A DNA stretch of 36,940 nucleotides, from sequence record SRR22947725_4838, one strand, 5' to 3'. Every line of letters begins with the position of its first letter. Positions within the stretch are counted from its first letter, which is position 1. The notes under the pieces were generated by a model. It had not been told where the DNA came from. It did not search any database and was given only the letters and a program-made list of their open reading frames with translations. Position numbers and translations under genes: made by a program. Shown one piece after another: positions 1 to 9,263 of this stretch.

Positions 1-37
1 CAGCAACACATTGAATTCAAAACAAAAAACGAACAAG

Positions 38-622
38 TCATTTAGAGAGAGCAGCTATGACGTTTGCGCTGTCCTGGTCGGGTTTCACTTGGGTATTTTT
101 ATAAATGACCTTTCCGCTCTTATTGATGACAAACGTCCAGCGCCCGGCAGTCACCCCTCGTTCCAATTCAATTGTCTTGTCCTGAAACTCACGTTTGATC
201 TGACCGCCGTCACGCAGGGGAACTCCAAACGACTTTGCGATGGAGCCATTGTAATCCGCCAGAAGGTCGAAATTTAAATCATGCATTTGCTGAAAAGCCT
301 TGAGCCCAGCAGGAGCATCACCGCTGATGCCAACGACTACCGTGTCCAAGTCTTTTAACTTGGAAGCATCATCGCGAAAAGCACAGGCTTGCTTGGTACA
401 TCCTCCCGTCATTGCTGCGGGGTAAAAGTAGACAACGAGGTTTTTCTTCCCCACAAGATCTGATGTTTTCCACAAATGCCCATCCTGATCGATGGCCATG
501 AACTCAGGAGCCACTTCGCCAAGGTCCAATTTTAACTCATGGTGATGTTCCGCCTGCAAATCGGAAAGAGAAAGCAAGAGGCTGAATAAGCTACCCAGCA
601 AGGGAAATGTCATTTTTTTCAT
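38..622 (-). CDS. bcp: Peroxiredoxin, BCP/PrxQ family, with N-terminal signal peptide
   Basis: FYPAAMTGGCTKQAC matches the PxxxT/SxxC-x4-C BCP active site. Also GISGD, LLAD and RWTFVINKSGKV. The hydrophobic leader MKKMTFPLLGSLFSLLLSLSDLQA suggests export. Confidence 0.9.
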   Translation of the reverse strand: MKKMTFPLLGSLFSLLLSLSDLQAEHHHELKLDLGEVAPEFMAIDQDGHLWKTSDLVGKKNLVVYFYPAAMTGGCTKQACAFRDDASKLKDLDTVVVGISGDAPAGLKAFQQMHDLNFDLLADYNGSIAKSFGVPLRDGGQIKREFQDKTIELERGVTAGRWTFVINKSGKVIYKNTQVKPDQDSANVIAALSK

Positions 623-751
623 ATTGTTGTAAAAAAGTAGGTTCTCAGTGGATTTTAATGGCTGTTGCGAATAGTGACAAGCCGTCGATGCTGACTCGAA
701 ATGAACATTGAAAAAGGGATGCCACCTTTGTTCTGAGTAATTGAAACTCCT

Positions 752-2149
752 CTAATTCTCCAGCGACCTGAGATAAATATTCCGCCAACGCACCTCAAAT
801 GGACCTGTACCTCGACTCACCCCATGCACCTGAAGGCCGATGAAACCTTCCTTAAAACTCTCTTCATTACCGACCAGATTTGCCACCGAAACCCCATTGA
901 TCCATGTCTTGATAAGATCCCCCTTGGCACGGATACGATACTTGTTCCACTCTCCTTTTGCGAAAGCACCCCGCGCCTTTTCGTTGGATCTATCTTGGCT
1001 GAGCCAGCCGCCTTCCAAAGCTTCGCCGTATACCCACCCCGCATTTCCATTCGTGGATATTTCTACCTGAGGACCATGGACTCTGCCGTTCTTGAAAGTG
1101 TCCAGACTGCGGGACCGGATCTGCACCCCTGAATTCAGAGCATCATCCACCTTCACCTCGAAAATGAGTTCAAAATCACGATAATCTCTTGTCGTGCATA
1201 GAAACGAATTTGGACTGCCCTCTGATGTCACTCCCAACACAACGTCATTTTCAACGGTGTAAGTAGCTTTACCATTCTTCTGAACCCACCCTGTCAATGT
1301 TTGACCATCAAATAAGGAAGACCATCCTTTTTTCCCGTTGGGCAGGACTTCAGAAAAAAACTGTCGCATATGCTTCCAGCTTCGATGATCCGCTTTCGGA
1401 TGATAAGCTGCACCAGATGCCTTGTTATCGCCCGCTTCCTTTTTGGTGAACGAGTGCACCGCCCCCCCATAAGAAACCATTTGCCAATCGATGTTCCATT
1501 GGTTCATCTCGTTGACAAAGGCTTCGATATTTTCCTTTGAAACAAAAGGATCATCTGCACCATGCAAAACCAAAACCTTGGATCTGATATTTTCTCCGTC
1601 GGCAGGATTCGGTGAATCCAATCCTCCGTGGAAAGAAACGACTCCAAGAACATCCGCACCGCTTCTGGCAAGCTCAATCACTCCTGTTCCTCCAAAACAA
1701 TATCCGATCGCCAAAATCTGATCCGGTTGACACCCGGGGATTGCTCTTAGCTGGGACAGCGCGTCGTTCAAGCGCTGGCGAAAAAGTGAGCGGTCGTCAC
1801 GGTATATCCCTGCCTGCACTCCACACTCTTCGGGATTTTCAGGCCGGACCCCCTTGCCGTAAACATCTGCTGCGAAACAAATATAACCTAATTCATCAGC
1901 AATGCGCTTTGCTCTTTGCCTGGCATCATCTTGCAGCCCAGTCCAATCATGAATCAGGAGGACACCGGGCCTGAATTCGCCCTCTGGTAGTTCAGGAGAT
2001 GCAACATATCCTTCCATTTCCTTTCCCGAGGAGGAATAGGTCAATGTGCGGGTCTGAGCTGCTTGAGTGATTTGAAGACTCGCAAGGAACAGTGTCCAAG
2101 ACACGGAAAATAGATACAAACCACGCAAAGTTGTGTTCGGAGAGGCCAT
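752..2149 (-). CDS. Secreted dienelactone hydrolase-family (alpha/beta hydrolase) domain fused to a C-terminal DUF1080 (3-keto-disaccharide hydrolase-like) domain
   Basis: N-terminal half has HDWTG, the GYCFGG nucleophile elbow, HGADD and VHSF. C-terminal half has WSSLFDGQTLTGW, NSGVQIRS, GEWNKYRI and GFIGLQVH...WRNI. Start placed at ATG 2149, ahead of a signal-like segment; the ORF track extends it to TTG 2230. Confidence 0.88.
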   Translation of the reverse strand: MASPNTTLRGLYLFSVSWTLFLASLQITQAAQTRTLTYSSSGKEMEGYVASPELPEGEFRPGVLLIHDWTGLQDDARQRAKRIADELGYICFAADVYGKGVRPENPEECGVQAGIYRDDRSLFRQRLNDALSQLRAIPGCQPDQILAIGYCFGGTGVIELARSGADVLGVVSFHGGLDSPNPADGENIRSKVLVLHGADDPFVSKENIEAFVNEMNQWNIDWQMVSYGGAVHSFTKKEAGDNKASGAAYHPKADHRSWKHMRQFFSEVLPNGKKGWSSLFDGQTLTGWVQKNGKATYTVENDVVLGVTSEGSPNSFLCTTRDYRDFELIFEVKVDDALNSGVQIRSRSLDTFKNGRVHGPQVEISTNGNAGWVYGEALEGGWLSQDRSNEKARGAFAKGEWNKYRIRAKGDLIKTWINGVSVANLVGNEESFKEGFIGLQVHGVSRGTGPFEVRWRNIYLRSLEN

Positions 2150-2226
2150 GCTGGGAATATGCAGCCAGACGCATGTTTGATCCAGCCTGATTTTTGAGGA
2201 CTTGATCGCCGTTGAGGCGCGCAGAT

Positions 2227-2415
2227 TCAATGATGCTCCGGTTCAGTCCTGCAACCCCAATAGGTAAATGCGCCTAGGTAGAAAAAGACAAACACCAATA
2301 CCGGCCAAATGCGCGGGCCACCTGCTTCTTCAGACCGTGCAGTCAAAAAGATCGTGTAGCAAAAAATAACGCTTACGATGGCAAATACAAATGTGGGCAA
2401 CCAGAATTTCTTCAT
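2227..2415 (-). CDS. Small two-transmembrane hypothetical protein (62 aa)
   Basis: ATG start (MKK), two hydrophobic stretches and a C-terminal EPEHH. Co-oriented just upstream of the hydrolase gene. Confidence 0.65.
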   Translation of the reverse strand: MKKFWLPTFVFAIVSVIFCYTIFLTARSEEAGGPRIWPVLVFVFFYLGAFTYWGCRTEPEHH

Positions 2416-2492
2416 TTAGATAACTACTACAATCCAAGACCAAGGCTTTCAAGAGTCGATCCACTTTTTTTTCTACATATCGAACAATATGA

Positions 2493-2756
2493 TCAACGAG
2501 ATGCCTGATTTCGTAAATGGGCCAGGTACTGGTCCAGCTGACGATGGCCATACAAATATTGAACCAAGGGATTTTGGTCCACAGGATCTGTTGAATGACC
2601 TTCAGGCAATGCCTCAATGCCCCTGACCAACTCCGCCCATTGGCGGTTGAAGTTAGCTTTGTCTGAAATCCGAACGATCCGCACTGTTTGTTTGGTAGAT
2701 AAATTGCATTGCATGAGAAGAAAATTACAGCAAAGGGTAGGACATTTACTGTCCAA
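2493..2756 (-). CDS. Possible small hypothetical protein (start uncertain)
   Basis: The C-terminal part (QWAELVRGIEALPE...LVQYLYGHRQLDQYLAHLR) looks amphipathic-helical and fills an otherwise empty gap. No family recognised. Confidence 0.3.
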   Translation of the reverse strand: MDSKCPTLCCNFLLMQCNLSTKQTVRIVRISDKANFNRQWAELVRGIEALPEGHSTDPVDQNPLVQYLYGHRQLDQYLAHLRNQASR

Positions 2757-2908
2757 AGGTGAAATCCTCTTCTCTCGAATTTGATTTTTTTTTGAACTGA
2801 ACTAATTTTAGGTGTGTCCTAGATCATGAATGTCTCTTGTAAACTTGGCGCAGGGCCGAGTTCACAGAATAAAAAGAAGTTGTTCAACCATTGGTAGGAA
2901 ACAAAATT

Positions 2909-3076
2909 ATGGTAAAACCTGACTCCCATCTGTCCGAACTGGTCCACAATACGAAGCATCCTTTCCGGCAAGTCGAAAATCGACCGGAAAAACCCCTGAA
3001 ACACCGATACGAGCGACGGAAAATCCGAGAAATCATGCGTATCAATCAATGGGAGAATGATACCTCCCCTCAATGA
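2909..3076 (+). CDS. Small basic hypothetical protein (55 aa)
   Basis: ATG at 2909 is preceded by AGGAA. Sequence is MVKPDSHLSELVHNTKHPF...KHRYERRKIRE, and a strong terminator follows 5 nt after the stop. Confidence 0.65.
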   Translation: MVKPDSHLSELVHNTKHPFRQVENRPEKPLKHRYERRKIREIMRINQWENDTSPQ

Positions 3077-3080
3077 AATA

Positions 3081-3134
3081 ATTTCCCTCAGCAAAAAGCC
3101 GCTTCGAATGAAGCGGCTTTTTGCTGAGGGAAAT
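3081..3134. terminator. Bidirectional intrinsic terminator, 25-bp perfect inverted repeat
   Basis: ATTTCCCTCAGCAAAAAGCCGCTTC-GAAT-GAAGCGGCTTTTTGCTGAGGGAAAT lies between convergent genes, with A and T tracts flanking the GC core. Confidence 0.85.
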
Positions 3135-3174
3135 GGATCTTACCTGCAAGCTGAAATCAGAGAATCAAGTGTGT

Positions 3175-4128
3175 TCAATGCGCATGATCATGCACCTCCG
3201 AAGACTCTTCATGGAAATGATCATGTCCACTGGATTCAAATTTACCGATCAAAACTGCAAGCCCAAGCCCTAAAACCAGAGCAAAAGTAAGCTTGAATCG
3301 ATCATGTTTGTGAAACTGGAGTTCAGGTAGGAGATCAATGGAAGCGATGCACAAAAAAGTCCCGGCAGCAAATGCAAGTGCGTAGCCTAGAATTTGATGG
3401 TTGCCTCCTGATGCCTGGTGAAATCCAGCTAGAAACAAAATGACGCCCAACGGGATAATGAGAGCAAATATGGCATTAACAAAATGTCTCTGTCCTTTGG
3501 TCCAGCCACCTGTGGACATCAATGTGCCAATCGTCCAGGCATCAAAAGGCTTGTGAAGTAAAATCACCAGAAAGGTCCCCAGCCCAGCCCATCGAATGCC
3601 TGCACTGTGTTGCATTTCGGTTTGAATACTCGCAGCGAGAACCATGCCGTTGATAAGCGTGTGAAGGGCCAATCCCATTCCTGCCCCCAGCCAGGACCAT
3701 CGCTTTCCTATGGCTCGTTCGATGTAGGGTTCCACGATAGTCTGGGATGCCCCTTGATCATGGCCCTGGTGTGATGGATCGTTGCAGGAAGTATGCTTGT
3801 GCGATGAGACTTGCGGATCACCACTTGCCTTTTCTTGCGACTCCATCGGCAAATCATGCATGTGATGGTGAAAAAATCGCTGAATGAGAAAGGTAAAAAG
3901 AAATCCAGCCAGCAGCCACTGCATTGCACGGTCGATAGAACCGATCTCGAACCAGGCATGCGGCAGCAAATGCAGTAATCCAACGCCTAGCATCAAACCG
4001 GATATGAAACTGGAAGCTATTTCAAGATGCGTGTGCGTTAAGCGGACCATCAACGGAATCCACCCTCCAGCCAGTGAGGCAAGGAGGATCAACGTGCAAT
4101 ACAAGAGAAGTAGTTCCGTGGTCGTCAT
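3175..4128 (-). CDS. ZIP family (ZupT-like) divalent metal transporter
   Basis: About 8 TM segments. Motifs GLMLGVGLLHLLPHA, HTLING, LHKPFD and FAAGTFLCIASIDLLPE, a His-rich cytoplasmic loop and a His-rich C-terminus. Confidence 0.9.
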   Translation of the reverse strand: MTTTELLLLYCTLILLASLAGGWIPLMVRLTHTHLEIASSFISGLMLGVGLLHLLPHAWFEIGSIDRAMQWLLAGFLFTFLIQRFFHHHMHDLPMESQEKASGDPQVSSHKHTSCNDPSHQGHDQGASQTIVEPYIERAIGKRWSWLGAGMGLALHTLINGMVLAASIQTEMQHSAGIRWAGLGTFLVILLHKPFDAWTIGTLMSTGGWTKGQRHFVNAIFALIIPLGVILFLAGFHQASGGNHQILGYALAFAAGTFLCIASIDLLPELQFHKHDRFKLTFALVLGLGLAVLIGKFESSGHDHFHEESSEVHDHAH

Positions 4129-4315
4129 TCAGATGAATCATTTCTTAATTTTAAAACTCACACCAGTGCAAAAAAAGTATTAAACAAGCTGCAGCTTGTT
4201 CATTTCACTTGATCGGCGAGTATCATTTAATGGGAGACTGAATCAAGGCGAGCTATTTCATGAAAAAACTGGCGCTTTCATGACAGAGCGACAGTTTTCA
4301 ATGAGCATCAGAGAA

Positions 4316-5350
4316 TTACTTTAATGCATGCGATTCCGGTTTGACCCCTCTGACGAATTTACCAAACCCAAATGGAGTAGGATGATATTCACCCACATAT
4401 GCAACGCTACTGTCTGCACTGATGAGATCTTCCATTCCAAGCCCCCAGTAACATGCGTTCACCAGCAAACGACGTAAACCAGCGCTCTCTAGGTCAGTAG
4501 CCGCACCCATGGTGCTACAGAATATCCGATTTAATTTCCCATGTTTCCCGTTGTGTTCACGTACCCATGCGACAGGCATGAGCGGTTTATCATAATTGGG
4601 CAACGAATCCGACTTCATACCATTCAAGGTCAAGCCATGCACCAAAACTGAAATATCATCAGGTAGATGTGCCACTCCGTACACGTCGGTTGGGCCCCAG
4701 ACATCTTTGACGCCTGTGAGAATAGGATGCGATTGATGTCTTCCTTCAATCACCCCGCGAGTGCTTTCTTGACCATGATGACCATGATGATTCACCCAAG
4801 TATCACCCAATACTTGCTGCCCAAAACCACCCACCCATCCTTTGCTTTGCCAGTGAAAATGATTGTATTCACTGGCCTTGTTGCGAGTGTAAGAAAAAGC
4901 GTGCGTTGAGGTGCGTAAGCCAATGACTGGTTTCCCCTCCTCAAGATGATCTACAAAGTATTTCATTTGATCATCAGGCAATTCCCGAAAGCGCGTGAAC
5001 AATACAACCAGATCTGCATCCTTGATAAAGTGCATGCCCTTGATGTTAGTCTGATTGTCGGGGTCTATGGTTCCGGTGGCATCGTCCATTGCAAACAAGA
5101 CAGTGCAATCAAATCCATGCCTCAGCGAAAGGATTTTTCCCATCATGGGCATTGCCTCCTCGGAGCGGTATTCCTCGTCTCCAGTGATAAATACGATGTG
5201 TTTGTTTTTTCCAGGCCCCTTGCGTCCCTCGTATTTGACCCAACCTTTTGCAAGAACAGAAGAGAGGAACATACTGCAAGTTAGTAAGGTAATCATCCAT
5301 GCGCTGTATACACGCATTCTTGATTTAATTGTGGTCAACATGTGGTTCAT
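4316..5350 (-). CDS. Secreted ThuA-like (class I glutamine amidotransferase-like fold) protein
   Basis: HIVFITGDEEYRSEE, DADLVVLFTRFR, GKPVIGLRTSTHAF and RIFCSTMGA...RRLLVNACYW. Signal peptide ends in VLA. Confidence 0.82.
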   Translation of the reverse strand: MNHMLTTIKSRMRVYSAWMITLLTCSMFLSSVLAKGWVKYEGRKGPGKNKHIVFITGDEEYRSEEAMPMMGKILSLRHGFDCTVLFAMDDATGTIDPDNQTNIKGMHFIKDADLVVLFTRFRELPDDQMKYFVDHLEEGKPVIGLRTSTHAFSYTRNKASEYNHFHWQSKGWVGGFGQQVLGDTWVNHHGHHGQESTRGVIEGRHQSHPILTGVKDVWGPTDVYGVAHLPDDISVLVHGLTLNGMKSDSLPNYDKPLMPVAWVREHNGKHGKLNRIFCSTMGAATDLESAGLRRLLVNACYWGLGMEDLISADSSVAYVGEYHPTPFGFGKFVRGVKPESHALK

Positions 5351-5463
5351 AACCGGAAAAAGTTAACCGATCAGAACCTCAATGACAACCAGTTAAAAGA
5401 AATCATCAGCATCCCACAGAAAGGAATCGAATGTTCCATTCCCCCGCATCATTGCACTGAACC

Positions 5464-5967
5464 TCAGCTCGACCAATGTGCGTCTTCATCCGTTGCCCTG
5501 CCGCAGCCCACTTCCAGAAACTGCCCGGCATCTGGATCCCATTTGAAGGCTTTCCAATGATCCAGCTCCCCTTGTATGACAGAAAGCACAAGGTAGGTTG
5601 CATGGGGAAACAAGGGTTGCTCCAGCCAGACGGCACGCTTGTGATCTTCATCTGAAAAACAGGCGGGAGCATCGTTATGAGAGTGATACAGAACAGAAAC
5701 TTCAATTTCACCCGCCTCGATGCGAGGGTGGATGGATCGCCATTCGTCCGGATCTATGATGTAGGCCGACCGCGCGTCTCTGGGAAAATGATGGGGCTCC
5801 AGCTGATGCATCACGTTTTGGACATTATGACATGGTTGCCACTCCAATGTCGTTTTTGAGACTGACAAGGCGTGGAGCAACAGCCCGCAGCATTCTTCCG
5901 GGTATTCCTCAACTGCATGGCGAATCATCGCCCGCCAGACACTCCCACTAATTTGTTTATTGGCCAA
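5464..5967 (-). CDS. JAB/MPN+ (Mov34, M67) metallopeptidase
   Basis: YPEECCGLL provides the catalytic Glu, and YHSHNDAPACFSDED is the HxH-x7-S-x2-D JAMM motif. Also YLVLSV. Confidence 0.9.
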   Translation of the reverse strand: MANKQISGSVWRAMIRHAVEEYPEECCGLLLHALSVSKTTLEWQPCHNVQNVMHQLEPHHFPRDARSAYIIDPDEWRSIHPRIEAGEIEVSVLYHSHNDAPACFSDEDHKRAVWLEQPLFPHATYLVLSVIQGELDHWKAFKWDPDAGQFLEVGCGRATDEDAHWSS

Positions 5968-6142
5968 GGTGATAAAGTAATTCGAGACGGGTCACTCCAA
6001 CCGTTTTGAGTCATGTATTAACCGCACGGTTCTACGTTACTGCGGCAATGATCGGCACTCAAGGTCAGAAGGACAGACCATTGCCCCATTTGAGGAGTGT
6101 TCTGTACAGGGCGACTTACTCATTCAAGCAGGACATGGAAGT

Positions 6143-6666
6143 CTAAGCCAAGGCATTGCACCGCTTGAAATAGATGCGCCCCGCAAAGAATGAGGTCAAA
6201 AAGCATCCATTCATGAGATTCCGGCACCGCCATGATGGCATTGAACTGATTACGATCAAGGTCACATCCGACCCTGGAGCGGGTATCGAGCTGCTGATTG
6301 TCGGGGAAGGAAGCAGCGGGTCGGTGTCCAGCGGACACATAAGCAGGTCTGTATTCTCAGAAAGGCCAAAGCCAGCCGGATTTGTCAAGTGGACGCCGCG
6401 GTTCCCGCCTCAGCATTGTAAGGCGTCTCTCCCAATGTCAGTGAGCCAGCACCGACATGTTTTCCAATCAATACCCAGCGATTGCCGGGGTAGATAACCG
6501 ACGAACTTCCACGCTTGCACACATTGGATCTGCCCGAATCATCGCCGGGCGCAGTGGTGTTCCGCGAGCCATCGCCGGAGGAAATGATAACGCCCCATAG
6601 GTGCGACGGAAAGAGTATCAGAAAAAAGACCAGCAACGTTAACTTGGGTATGACAGAAAGATGCAT
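6143..6666 (-). pseudogene. Frameshifted, truncated remnant of a secreted trypsin-like serine protease-family gene
   Basis: ORF 6385..6666 (signal peptide, ...GNRWVLIGKHVGAG...) continues in another frame as ORF 6143..6388 (LTNPAGFGLSENTDLL...PAPGSDVTLI). The frame break is near 6395. His and Asp triad-like motifs are present but no GDSG motif follows. Confidence 0.6.
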
Positions 6667-6713
6667 GTCGTGAACAGGCCTTGATTCAAATCAAATGTGA
6701 AATTAAAGAACTC

Positions 6714-7634
6714 CTATTGAATTCGCTGGTGACCCGTTTGGGTGTTTAACAATCCGTCGAGATTCAAAATATCCTTCAATGTGTCAAACGACATTTTATC
6801 TTCCAGGTGATGGGTTAATTGACCTGTTTGTTTAAGGGCTTCCATCATCGATTGCATGGCACTTCCACACACCATGAGTGTTTCAATTGGACTGACCGCA
6901 ATTTTGTAACCCAAGCGCTCGAGATCTGACACACTCAGAATCGGGGTTTTACCGCCGACCAGCATGTTGGCAAATAAAGGATGCGAAACATTGTCGGCTA
7001 TCCTTTCCAGTTCAGCGCGACTTTCCGGCGCCTCAATGAAGGCCACATCCGCTCCAAGTTCGCAATAGGCATTGACTCGATCGATGGCATCTTCCAGTCC
7101 GTTCAGAGCGCGCGCGTCAGTCCGTGCAATAATGACAAAATCTTCATCTGGTCTGGAGTCAACCGCTACCTCGATTTTCCCCAACATTTCTTCTTTTGTG
7201 ATAATCTGCTTTTGGTGAAAGTGACCGCATTTTTTTGGAAATAACTGATCTTCCAACAGGATACCGGATGCCCCCGCAGCAGCGAGACGTTCAACGGTCT
7301 GGCGCACGTGAGGAAGATTGCCATGACCAGTATCTCCGTCTGCAATCAAGGGAATGGAAAGTTGCCGTGTAATCTGCTGCACTGCGAGTTCCATGTCCGA
7401 GAGGTTCAGAAAATTAAGATCCGGCAATCCAAACCGCGATGCACTGACTCCAAATCCACCCAAAAACAAAAGATTGAATCCTGCATGCTGAGCAATCAAT
7501 GCAGAAAAAGCATCATGAACTCCCAGACTCACGATGATCCCAGGATCATTCAGGAGGCTTCGCAATGCTCTATTTTTATCCTTTTGTTTTACTTTGCGTT
7601 GCATGAAGGGAGAGGTTGATTCAGCTGGGGGCAA
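6714..7634 (-). CDS. Isocitrate lyase/PEP mutase superfamily enzyme (2-methylisocitrate lyase / 2,3-dimethylmalate lyase-like)
   Basis: GLPD, PLIADGDTGHG, LEDQLFPKKCGH, IIARTDA, GADVAFIEA and ANMLVGGKTP. The start may be ATG 7604. Confidence 0.9.
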   Translation of the reverse strand: MPPAESTSPFMQRKVKQKDKNRALRSLLNDPGIIVSLGVHDAFSALIAQHAGFNLLFLGGFGVSASRFGLPDLNFLNLSDMELAVQQITRQLSIPLIADGDTGHGNLPHVRQTVERLAAAGASGILLEDQLFPKKCGHFHQKQIITKEEMLGKIEVAVDSRPDEDFVIIARTDARALNGLEDAIDRVNAYCELGADVAFIEAPESRAELERIADNVSHPLFANMLVGGKTPILSVSDLERLGYKIAVSPIETLMVCGSAMQSMMEALKQTGQLTHHLEDKMSFDTLKDILNLDGLLNTQTGHQRIQ

Positions 7635-7781
7635 AGGTCACGTTTTTTCAATATCAAACCAGCAGTAAACAACTTTCCAATGCGTAAACAAGAATCAGGG
7701 AATGGACTTTGATACTGCAGCAACAGAGTCATTGACCAGATTGCTCTTGATAGACTTACAGATGCCCGACAAAATAAAACT

Positions 7782-9263
7782 ATGGCAGAAACCACCCCGG
7801 TCATTTTCAACAATACGGTCCTTCGAGATGGGCATCAATCTCTGGCAGCAACACGCATGCGGACCGAGCAAATGATACCTGTTGTCGAGAAACTGGATAA
7901 CCTTCAATTTGGAGCACTTGAAACGTGGGGCGGCGCAACCATTGATTCTTGTCTGCGGTTTCTGAACGAAAACCCTTTCGACCGTCTCGACACTCTAAAG
8001 AAACTTTCCCCCAACACACCTCACATGATGCTGCTTAGAGGGCAAAATATCGTCCAATACACGAGTTTTCCTGATGATGTAGTTGAATCTTTCATCAAAT
8101 GTTCAGCCAATCACGGCATGGACATCTTCAGGGTGTTTGATGCTCTCAATGATGTTCGCAATATCCGCACGGCGGTGAAGGCCGTCAGGGAAGCAGGAAA
8201 ACATGCACAAGGTGTCATTTGCTATACGACCAGCCCGGTGCATACCATCGGCAACTTTCTGAAGCTTGGAGTCGAGCTTGAGGCCATGGGCTGTGATTCG
8301 GTTTGCATCAAGGACATGGCAGGACTGATTTCCCCCTCCAGAGCGGCAGACTTGGTAAAAAACCTGAAAGAAAAAATTAAAATCCCCATCGTATTGCACA
8401 GTCACAGCACGGCAGGGATGGCGGCAGCTTCTTACTATGCTGCGATTGAAAGCGGCGTTGATGCAGTAGATACATCCATTGCCCCATTTGCAAATGGAAC
8501 AGGCCAACCAGACACACTGCTCATGCAATCCATGTTGGAAACCAGTCCTCGCAAGCCTGATTATGACACGCAGGCACTGGCTGAAATCGGCGATCATTTC
8601 AAAAAGGTCTACCTTGAACTGGATGCATTCACGCATGCTAAGAACGAAAAAGTCGATGCAGACATACTCGTTTATCAAGTACCGGGAGGAATGATGAGTA
8701 ATTTCCGAAACCAGCTGAAGGAGCAAGGAATGGGAGACCAGCTATTGGACGTCATGAAAGAAATCCCTTATGTCAGGGAAAGGTTAGGCTGGATTCCCTT
8801 GGTCACACCGACCTCGCAAATTGTGGGCACTCAATCCATGCTCAATGTAAAATTTGGCAGATGGAAAATGCTTTCACAGCCCGTTGTGGATATTCTCCTT
8901 GGGAAGTACGGGAAAACACCTGGCCCCGTCGACCCGGAACTTCGCAAGAAGGCGGAGGGGCAGGCGAAAGAGGAGTCTATCGATTGCCGTCCGGCAGACC
9001 TGCTTGAGCCACGCATGGACATACTGAAGCAAGAATTAAAGCTGGCAGGATTTCCTGTTAATGATGATATGGCAGTCCTTCATGCCATGTTCCCTCAGGA
9101 GCTTAAGAAGCATATCGAAAACAAAGGCAGGCCCCATGCCCAGACTCACCCCCAAAAAACTCCCTCCATACCGAGCCAGCGCGATGGAGCCAAAAAACCA
9201 ATGCAATATGCGATGACAGTGAAGGGCAATCGCTTCGAAGTCACTGTCGAGGAACTGAATTAA
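7782..9263 (+). CDS. Pyruvate/oxaloacetate carboxyltransferase (OadA / pyruvate carboxylase B / transcarboxylase 5S-like) without a biotinyl domain
   Basis: LRDGHQSL, ETWGGAT, MLLRGQN, FRVFDALND, IKDMAG, HSH, QVPGGM and LVTPTSQIVG. No AMKM motif; the protein ends at YAMTVKGNRFEVTVEELN. Confidence 0.92.
   Translation: MAETTPVIFNNTVLRDGHQSLAATRMRTEQMIPVVEKLDNLQFGALETWGGATIDSCLRFLNENPFDRLDTLKKLSPNTPHMMLLRGQNIVQYTSFPDDVVESFIKCSANHGMDIFRVFDALNDVRNIRTAVKAVREAGKHAQGVICYTTSPVHTIGNFLKLGVELEAMGCDSVCIKDMAGLISPSRAADLVKNLKEKIKIPIVLHSHSTAGMAAASYYAAIESGVDAVDTSIAPFANGTGQPDTLLMQSMLETSPRKPDYDTQALAEIGDHFKKVYLELDAFTHAKNEKVDADILVYQVPGGMMSNFRNQLKEQGMGDQLLDVMKEIPYVRERLGWIPLVTPTSQIVGTQSMLNVKFGRWKMLSQPVVDILLGKYGKTPGPVDPELRKKAEGQAKEESIDCRPADLLEPRMDILKQELKLAGFPVNDDMAVLHAMFPQELKKHIENKGRPHAQTHPQKTPSIPSQRDGAKKPMQYAMTVKGNRFEVTVEELN

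Noticed and set aside
5464..5967. JAB protein as part of a CBASS or other ubiquitin-like defence system
   Set aside because: No cyclase, E1/E2 or effector genes nearby. The sequence looks like the housekeeping sulfur-carrier-processing type.
8103..8726. 207-aa antisense ORF inside the carboxyltransferase
   Set aside because: Shadow ORF with no protein-family features.
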